64,000 bases of DNA from a virus, in IMG/VR virus record IMGVR_UViG_3300006802_000092, positions 6,815-70,814 of that record; one strand, 5' to 3'. Both the position numbers and the translations under genes were made by a program. The notes below the pieces were generated by a model, which did not search any database, was not told where the DNA came from, and saw only the letters and a list, made by a program, of their open reading frames with translations. Positions 58,239-64,000 of this stretch are shown one piece after another (the stretch's first letter is position 1; each line of letters opens with the position of its first letter).

Positions 58239-60170
58239 ATGGCTGACGAAGACAAGAGAAATCCTAGAAATCCTGCATCTGATATATACAAGAGACTAAC
58301 AAAGTTATTCTCTGGCCCTATAGTCAGCCGTAGAACACAAACAGGCCGCAGAATACGCAAGCAACAGCTTGATAAGTACGGACATATGTTTAAGTCTGCC
58401 TCTGGGCAGGAATTTAAGAGGTCTCACTATAATCCATTTGAGTCCATGAACTCAAACTACATGGCTAACCAGAACAGAACTGAGAGATATGTTGACTCTG
58501 ACCAGATGGAGTACACACCAGAGATTGCCTCCGCACTAGATATATACGCTGATGAAATGACGACATCTTCTCCGTTAGCCCAGATGTTGCAGATTAAGTG
58601 CCCGAATGAAGAAATCAGAGCTATCCTAGACACCCTGTACAATGACGTACTAAATGTTAAGTTTAACCTTTTTGGCTGGGCTCGCACAATGTGCAAGTAT
58701 GGAGACTTCTTTCTCTATCTAGACGTTGACGAGACATACGGTGTCCGTCATGCAATTGGTCTGCCGCCAAATGAGATTGAAAGACTTGAGGGTGAGGACA
58801 AAACAAATCCAAACTACATCCAGTTCCAGTGGAATGCCGCAGGCATGACTTTCGAGAACTGGCAGATGGCGCACTTCCGTATCCTTGGGAATGACAAGTA
58901 CCACCCATACGGAACTTCAGTCCTAGAGCCAGCACGTCGTATTTGGCGTCAGCTTACACTTATGGAAGACGCTATGATGGCGTATCGGATTGTCAGGGCA
59001 CCAGCTAGAAAGGCATTCTACGTTGACGTTGGTAACATCCCGCCGCAAGACGTTGAACAATACATGCAGAGAGTCATCACTGCGATGAAGAGAAACCAGG
59101 TCGTCAACCAAGACACTGGTCGTGTTGACTTGCGCTATAACCCAACGAGCATCGAAGAAGACTATTACATCCCTGTTCGTGGTGGCACAAAGTTTGCCTC
59201 TATTGAAAACATAGGTGGCCAAGAGAGAAATCATGATATTGATGATGTTAAGTATTTAAGAGACAAGCTTTTCTCTGCTATTAAGATCCCTGCTTCGTAC
59301 CTAACTCAAGGAGAGGGCGGCACTGAAGACAAGACAACCTTGGCGATGAAAGACGTTCGTTTCGCCAGAACAGTGCAACGACTTCAGAGGCCACTACTCT
59401 CCGAACTTGAAAAGATTGGCATAGTTCACCTACATACTTTAGGGTTCCGTGGGGAAGACCTAATTAGCTTTACTCTGGCCCTTAATAACCCATCTAAGAT
59501 CGCAGAAATCCAAGAGCTTGAGCACTGGAACCAGAAGTTCTCTGTTGCAACAAACGCTACTGATGGATTCTTCTCCAAGCGTTGGGTCGCAGAAAATCTC
59601 TTCGGAATGTCTGAAGAAGAATTTATTCGTAACAAGAGGGAGATCTATCACGACCGTAAGTATGAAGCTGAGCTTAACGCAGTTGGCGAAGCTGTTGGGC
59701 AACAGGCTTCAGGGGCACTCGCTGGGGGCCTCGACACAGGCATGCCAACTGGCTTTGAGGGGGCAGAAGGCTTGCCTGGTGCAGAAGAGCCACCAGTGCC
59801 AGAGGCAGCCCCAGAGCCTGCCGCAGAGACCCCAGCCCCAGCTGGTGACGAAGCAGGGGGTAGCCCACTCTTAGCGACCCCTGGAAAGAGAGATGAGGAT
59901 GGAAGAAAGACGAGTGGCCCAAGAACAAAATCTATAAAAAGAACAGCTGTCCCAGAGGCAGTCTCAGGCGGTACTCTTCGGGGAACGCTCCCTGGATACG
60001 CTGGTCATGATAGCATCAGCACCCTCCAAAAGGGCATAACCTCGGAAGCTACTAGTTATGAGAGAGAGCAGAATCTTCAGGAAGAAAGAATTTTCTCTAT
60101 AAACTACGAAACAGAAAGACTATTAGAAAACCTTAAAACAATGGAGACAAAGATCGATGAAGCACAATAA
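58239..60170 (+). CDS. Portal protein (T4 gp20-like)
   Basis: PEIASALDIYADE, LMEDAMMAYRIVRAP, FYVDVGN.P, EDYYIPVRG, DVKYLRDKL, DVRFAR. Confidence 0.93.
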   Translation: MADEDKRNPRNPASDIYKRLTKLFSGPIVSRRTQTGRRIRKQQLDKYGHMFKSASGQEFKRSHYNPFESMNSNYMANQNRTERYVDSDQMEYTPEIASALDIYADEMTTSSPLAQMLQIKCPNEEIRAILDTLYNDVLNVKFNLFGWARTMCKYGDFFLYLDVDETYGVRHAIGLPPNEIERLEGEDKTNPNYIQFQWNAAGMTFENWQMAHFRILGNDKYHPYGTSVLEPARRIWRQLTLMEDAMMAYRIVRAPARKAFYVDVGNIPPQDVEQYMQRVITAMKRNQVVNQDTGRVDLRYNPTSIEEDYYIPVRGGTKFASIENIGGQERNHDIDDVKYLRDKLFSAIKIPASYLTQGEGGTEDKTTLAMKDVRFARTVQRLQRPLLSELEKIGIVHLHTLGFRGEDLISFTLALNNPSKIAEIQELEHWNQKFSVATNATDGFFSKRWVAENLFGMSEEEFIRNKREIYHDRKYEAELNAVGEAVGQQASGALAGGLDTGMPTGFEGAEGLPGAEEPPVPEAAPEPAAETPAPAGDEAGGSPLLATPGKRDEDGRKTSGPRTKSIKRTAVPEAVSGGTLRGTLPGYAGHDSISTLQKGITSEATSYEREQNLQEERIFSINYETERLLENLKTMETKIDEAQ

Positions 60171-60963
60171 GAAAAGAAACACTGCGTTTCTCTACGAGTG
60201 TCTTGTAAAGGAGATGACAAGGGCTGCTATACAGTCAGATGTGGATACAAAAAATACCATAGCCTCTATTCTCAAGGAGCACTTTAACACTGCAACTGTA
60301 CTTCATCGTGAGCTAAATCTGTATAAGACTTTATGCGAAGTAAACGAAGTAAAAAGAGAAACAGCAGAGAGAATCCTATCTGAAGTTAAGAGAGTCTACC
60401 ATACACTTGGTGAGCAAGAGATTTTTGATGAGCAGTCTCAAGTAATCAAGAAGGTTAATACCGATCTGTCAAAGTCTATCTTTAACAATTTTATCTCCAA
60501 CTATAAGACATTGGCAACAATTTCACAAATGTTCTCTGCGAAGGTCCCGATTGCACAGAGAGTTATTTTAGAAGAAAAGATGATTGATCTTATGACTTCA
60601 CCACGCCAAAGTGTCCCTAAGATGAAGCCAATCGACAACATCACGTACAAGATCTTTGTTCAGAAGTTTAACGACAAATATGGCTCTTCCCTGAATGAGA
60701 ACCAGAAAGATTTATTGTCTAGGTATGTAACACTTTCTCCGGAAACATCTACAGACTTCAAGCTCTATATAAATGACGAGATTGGTCGGTTAAAGACTGA
60801 AATTAAAAATCTACAAGTTAGGAGAGAAGTTGTGCTAGACGAATCTCTCAGTAACAAAAACAGAGAGGTGTTGTCTATACTGGAAAACTTTAGTACACAG
60901 CCAATCAATGACGACATGATCAAAACAATCTTAAAGATACAAGCTTTGGTCACGGAGGTTTGA
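60157..60963 (+). CDS. Hypothetical head-module protein
   Basis: 268-aa helical ORF between portal and protease; starts KHNKKRNT. Confidence 0.65.
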   Translation: MKHNKKRNTAFLYECLVKEMTRAAIQSDVDTKNTIASILKEHFNTATVLHRELNLYKTLCEVNEVKRETAERILSEVKRVYHTLGEQEIFDEQSQVIKKVNTDLSKSIFNNFISNYKTLATISQMFSAKVPIAQRVILEEKMIDLMTSPRQSVPKMKPIDNITYKIFVQKFNDKYGSSLNENQKDLLSRYVTLSPETSTDFKLYINDEIGRLKTEIKNLQVRREVVLDESLSNKNREVLSILENFSTQPINDDMIKTILKIQALVTEV

Positions 60964-60964
60964 G

Positions 60965-61540
60965 ATGCCTGATGTAAGAATTCGTTTTACCCCGTCCGAA
61001 AAAAAGGTAATTGTTAAAGTTGTAGACGAGAATGAAGTTCTTGCGTCCTTCTCTCTAAAGGCCAAAAAGACTTTAGACGGAAACATAATAGTCTATGACC
61101 ATGCAGACATAGACATTATTCTTCGACCAGAGCAAAAGAAGATTGTAACTTTTAAAAAGGATAGCGTAAACGGGGACGTTGCTTATGGTGCAGCTGATCG
61201 AATGTTTAAGTATCTTTCTTCTCGTGGTGTGATCTCACCTGAGTCTGTGCAGGGGGGCTCTACGCTGGACTCGTTTGAGGCCACTATTCCAGAGTCTAAC
61301 ATGGAAGCCCCAATTAAAGTAATTCTTCTTACAATTTCAAAATGGATTGAGAGTGAGAGACCTTACTTTGAATATGGGGAGGACTTCGAAGACCTTATTA
61401 ATAATAGGGTGCTTGAGCCAGACTCAGAGGAATCCACAGAACTAGGCGAGGTTCCCCAAGATAAGCAAAAGGGTTCCATCGTACCGGGCTATTACAGAAG
61501 CCCTTACTGGATGAGTTATATCTTAGAGAATCAGGAGTAG
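60965..61540 (+). CDS. Hypothetical head-module protein
   Basis: 191-aa ORF with SD GGAGG. Confidence 0.65.
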   Translation: MPDVRIRFTPSEKKVIVKVVDENEVLASFSLKAKKTLDGNIIVYDHADIDIILRPEQKKIVTFKKDSVNGDVAYGAADRMFKYLSSRGVISPESVQGGSTLDSFEATIPESNMEAPIKVILLTISKWIESERPYFEYGEDFEDLINNRVLEPDSEESTELGEVPQDKQKGSIVPGYYRSPYWMSYILENQE

Positions 61541-61542
61541 CA

Positions 61543-61866
61543 ATGGAATTGCTTTGGTTTGTTCTAGCCTGCTATGGGCTTACGTATCTTGTTGTCTACG
61601 CTAGTATCTTTAACAGAATTAGGCCATCTAAGGAATGGCTTTGGGGTTTTGGAAAGCTGTTTAATTGCACGCTTTGCTTTGGTTTCCACGCAGGTTGGTT
61701 TTTATTTGCGATTAACAGATGGACCGAACTATTTACTTTTGACTATACACTCGCTAATTTTCTAATTTGTGGTTGTGTAGGTTCAGGGACTTCTTACATG
61801 TTGAGCATGATAATCCAAGACGAGGGGGTGAGATATGCCACTACAGTGCAACATATCCGGTCGTAA
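61543..61866 (+). CDS. Membrane protein with CxxC (DUF1360-like)
   Basis: Hydrophobic helices; LFNCTLCFGFHAG. Confidence 0.6.
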   Translation: MELLWFVLACYGLTYLVVYASIFNRIRPSKEWLWGFGKLFNCTLCFGFHAGWFLFAINRWTELFTFDYTLANFLICGCVGSGTSYMLSMIIQDEGVRYATTVQHIRS

Positions 61867-61909
61867 CTGGTACTTACGACCTGTCGCACGCTGCTGTTCC
61901 GGTTCGTAG
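61835..61909 (+). CDS. Candidate 24-aa Cys-rich peptide MPLQCNISGRNWYLRPVARCCSGS
   Basis: SD-like GAGGGGGTG upstream; ~100 nt downstream of ACTATTTA (61728-61735); fills the gap before the protease gene. Confidence 0.4.
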   Translation: MPLQCNISGRNWYLRPVARCCSGS

Positions 61910-61912
61910 CTC

Positions 61913-61934
61913 GGGCGGGTAGCGCCCGCATTTT
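61913..61934 (+). terminator. GC-rich hairpin followed by short U-tract (terminator or translational control element)
   Basis: GCGGG-TAGCG-CCCGC-ATTTT (alternative pairing GGGCG/CGCCC) directly before SD AGGAG of the protease. Confidence 0.4.
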
Positions 61935-61948
61935 AGGAGTTTTTCATT

Positions 61949-62578
61949 ATGTCTAAGCAATTATTAACAGAATATTTTGCACTTTGTGATGGTGGCGTTT
62001 GTCCCGACTACCTCACAGAGAGTGAGAAAAGAAGAATGTCAGAGGGTGTATCGTTTTACATGACCGGCAAGATTCAGGAAGCTGATGCTCTTAACGGTAA
62101 TGGACGAGTTTACCCAAAGCATATCCTCGCAAGAGAAATGGAAAACTATCAGAAGCTTATATACACTAGACGTGCCTTAGGCGAGCTAGACCATCCAGAT
62201 TCCTCTGTGATCGAGTTGAAGAATTGTTCTCACTTGGTCACAGAGGTCTGGTGGGAAGGTAATAGCGTTATGGGAAAAATTGAAGTACTAAATACACCTT
62301 CTGGAAGAACCTTGAGAGCACTTGCAGAGTCTGCTTGTGGTATCGGCATCTCTTCTAGGGGATTGGGATCCGTGAAGCAGCGTGGAAAACACGTTGTTGT
62401 AGAGGATGATTTTAATCTTATTTGTTTTGATGTCGTCTCAGACCCATCAGCACCAGGAGCTTTCATCAAGCCCATGAAGGGAATCTCGCTGCAGAGGACT
62501 CCTTCAATTGGTCTTAGCTTGGGTGAGAACAAAAATCAAAGCTTGCACAACTTAATGAACGAAATTTTAAGGAAGTAA
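61949..62578 (+). CDS. Prohead core protease (T4 gp21-like)
   Basis: N.NGRVYP, ALGELDHP, SHLVT, TPSG, GISSRGLGS, FDVVSDPSAPGA. Confidence 0.93.
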   Translation: MSKQLLTEYFALCDGGVCPDYLTESEKRRMSEGVSFYMTGKIQEADALNGNGRVYPKHILAREMENYQKLIYTRRALGELDHPDSSVIELKNCSHLVTEVWWEGNSVMGKIEVLNTPSGRTLRALAESACGIGISSRGLGSVKQRGKHVVVEDDFNLICFDVVSDPSAPGAFIKPMKGISLQRTPSIGLSLGENKNQSLHNLMNEILRK

Positions 62579-62579
62579 A

Positions 62580-62999
62580 ATGAAAAAGTCTGAACTGAAA
62601 GCATTACTAAAGCCATTAATCAAGGAGTGTATACGAGAGAGCATTCTTGAGGAGGGTATACTATCTAACGTAATCGCAGAGGTCAGGCAAGGTTTGGGCA
62701 ACACTGCTCCGATTGTGGAAGCCAGAGTCGAGCGGAGCACAGAGAAAAAGCAAGCCCCACAGACACCAGCACCATCTGTATCTGACAGGGTAGCGGAGCA
62801 CCGCAAGCGTTTAATGGAAGCCATTGGAGCAGATGCTTATGGTGGGGTTGATCTGTTTGAGGGCACGACCCCAGCACCAGGCCAGGGATCTCCGCAAAAG
62901 GGGAACCCACTTAGTGGAACAGACCCCGGAGATGCAGGAGTAGACATCTCTGGTATCATGACCCTCGGTGGCAAAAACTGGAAGAATTTAATAGGCTAG
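62580..62999 (+). CDS. Hypothetical head-associated protein with LxE-rich N-terminus
   Basis: MKKSELKALLKPLIKECIRESILEEG; directly follows the protease. Confidence 0.6.
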   Translation: MKKSELKALLKPLIKECIRESILEEGILSNVIAEVRQGLGNTAPIVEARVERSTEKKQAPQTPAPSVSDRVAEHRKRLMEAIGADAYGGVDLFEGTTPAPGQGSPQKGNPLSGTDPGDAGVDISGIMTLGGKNWKNLIG

Positions 63000-63000
63000 C

Positions 63001-63008
63001 ACTATTTA
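63001..63008 (+). promoter_or_regulatory. Candidate phage late promoter ACTATTTA
   Basis: Intergenic, upstream of SD and ATG 63028. Confidence 0.65.
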
Positions 63009-63027
63009 TAGGAGCGAGGGATTATAA

Positions 63028-63507
63028 ATGGCAGACCCATCAACATTTAGGTACACTGTAGGTTCTAGAAAATTTACAAGAACAAGAAACTCTTTAAAGA
63101 AGCTTAGCTTTACAACAACTTCTGCGACTGGCGTCACAAGCAGCTTTGACAAGACAAAGGCAGCAACTTTACAAGTCAAAGCAACAGATGAGGTTGTGTA
63201 CATTAGGCCAGATTATCTTGTCATAAAGTTATCTGGAATCGCCACGTCTGGAACCATCGCTTCCAAGCTCACTATCAGGATAACAACCGATTCTGATGGT
63301 GACGACACTATTTTCCCAGATACAGAAGCAACAATCGCAACAGGGATAACAACCAATACAACTGGTGTTGTTTCTTACTCGATCCAGCTTCCTTTTGTCG
63401 ATACAGCAAGTGCGGCAACAACATTTTATCTAATTGCAAAGACAGACGTTGCAGATGCTGTTGATATTGATTCAGCCGATCTTTATTGTACAGTAGAGAC
63501 GTTCTAA
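63028..63507 (+). CDS. Thr-rich beta-structured hypothetical virion protein
   Basis: 159-aa ORF behind the candidate late promoter. Confidence 0.6.
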   Translation: MADPSTFRYTVGSRKFTRTRNSLKKLSFTTTSATGVTSSFDKTKAATLQVKATDEVVYIRPDYLVIKLSGIATSGTIASKLTIRITTDSDGDDTIFPDTEATIATGITTNTTGVVSYSIQLPFVDTASAATTFYLIAKTDVADAVDIDSADLYCTVETF

Positions 63508-63508
63508 G

Positions 63509-64000
63509 ATGCCAGTAGCAGAAATAAATGTTGCCAGGATCATTAAGCCTCCGCGCGCCACAAACGGCTCGCAGGATTATTCCCCTTGGAAGCTTTTAAC
63601 CACAGAAGATATTGCTGCGACAACTGACTCAGAAAGTCTTGAGATCTCAAAGTCTATGTCTGGTAACGAAATTCATTTTAGAGGCTCTGTGCCAGCCGGT
63701 GGTAGCGATTATCACCCCGATCACGGCTGTCTTTATCAATTTAATATGATAGATCCTGATGATGGCGCCACTATTTCAGCCGGCGGCGGCGACATAGTTG
63801 GCATCCAGTTTTATTTTAAACTAGGAAGCACGGTTCCAGACTCTAATAGAGAATTTGTTTATTGTGGTATGTGGGATGGAAGCCAAGGCTCTTTCGGGGG
63901 GGCTCTTTATCTTAGCGCCGATAGAATTGCTTACGGTACCTACACCTCAGTGGCTCAACAATCATATTCAAGATCTGCCGGGAATGCTTATTTAGTAGAA
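63509..64000 (+). CDS. Hypothetical protein (3'-truncated by window edge)
   Basis: ATG 63509 (MPVAEINVARIIKPP...) is open to the end of the window. Confidence 0.6.
   Translation, partial: MPVAEINVARIIKPPRATNGSQDYSPWKLLTTEDIAATTDSESLEISKSMSGNEIHFRGSVPAGGSDYHPDHGCLYQFNMIDPDDGATISAGGGDIVGIQFYFKLGSTVPDSNREFVYCGMWDGSQGSFGGALYLSADRIAYGTYTSVAQQSYSRSAGNAYLVE

Noticed and set aside
56655-60170. Inteins or introns in terminase/portal
   Set aside because: Lengths and motif spacing are normal; no intein splice-junction or LAGLIDADG motifs seen.
61907-61948. Programmed read-through or Sec/Pyl insertion joining the 24-aa peptide to the protease
   Set aside because: Would need two TAG read-throughs, the second overlapping the protease's own SD. 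The shared frame has a 1-in-3 chance, and the codons are not TGA.
1-64000. Numerous minus-strand and nested short ORFs in the six-frame track
   Set aside because: All overlap longer + strand genes with recognisable motifs or coupled starts/stops, and none shows a protein motif. Treated as shadow ORFs.
1-64000. Stop-codon reassignment (TAG or TGA), as in some large phages
   Set aside because: Conserved genes are full length in code 11, and TAG/TGA end genes at expected positions (PhoH, primase, sigma, Mre11-Rad50 neighbours).

Overview
A 64-kb segment of a large, lytic, T4-related (myovirus-type) bacteriophage genome. Essentially all credible genes are on the + strand, densely packed, in the standard genetic code. 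In order: the end of a C1q-like virion protein; two acidic proteins that look head-associated; a Fis-like HTH protein; a phage tmRNA (tag ANNNNYELALAA) followed by an HNH endonuclease; PIN-PhoH; a sigma70-type operon with an HExxH metallopeptidase, a Cas4-like nuclease, 3-4 glycosyltransferases and a nucleotide-sugar dehydrogenase; a gp55-like late sigma factor; a ~33-kb baseplate/tail module (gp5-like, gp25, gp6, 2411- and 2822-aa proteins); RuvC; primase; a single-ORF Mre11-Rad50 (gp47-gp46) fusion; a probable lysis cassette; large terminase, portal and prohead protease. No capsid, sheath, polymerase, tRNA or CRISPR array is visible. Signals beyond the gene list: (i) a recurring ACTAHTTA motif ahead of late genes (candidate late promoter); (ii) a hairpin that hides the HNH ribosome-binding site and contains that motif; (iii) strong enrichment of a [ST]-[GAS]-S tripeptide in a subset of tail proteins, in a genome carrying a glycosyltransferase cluster (candidate virion-glycosylation system); (iv) a family of proteins with (I/L)-x-E-rich propeptide-like segments (candidate head-packaged cargo); (v) an unannotated Cys-rich 24-aa ORF with hairpins upstream of the prohead protease. 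All product calls come from reading motifs; no database searches were run.
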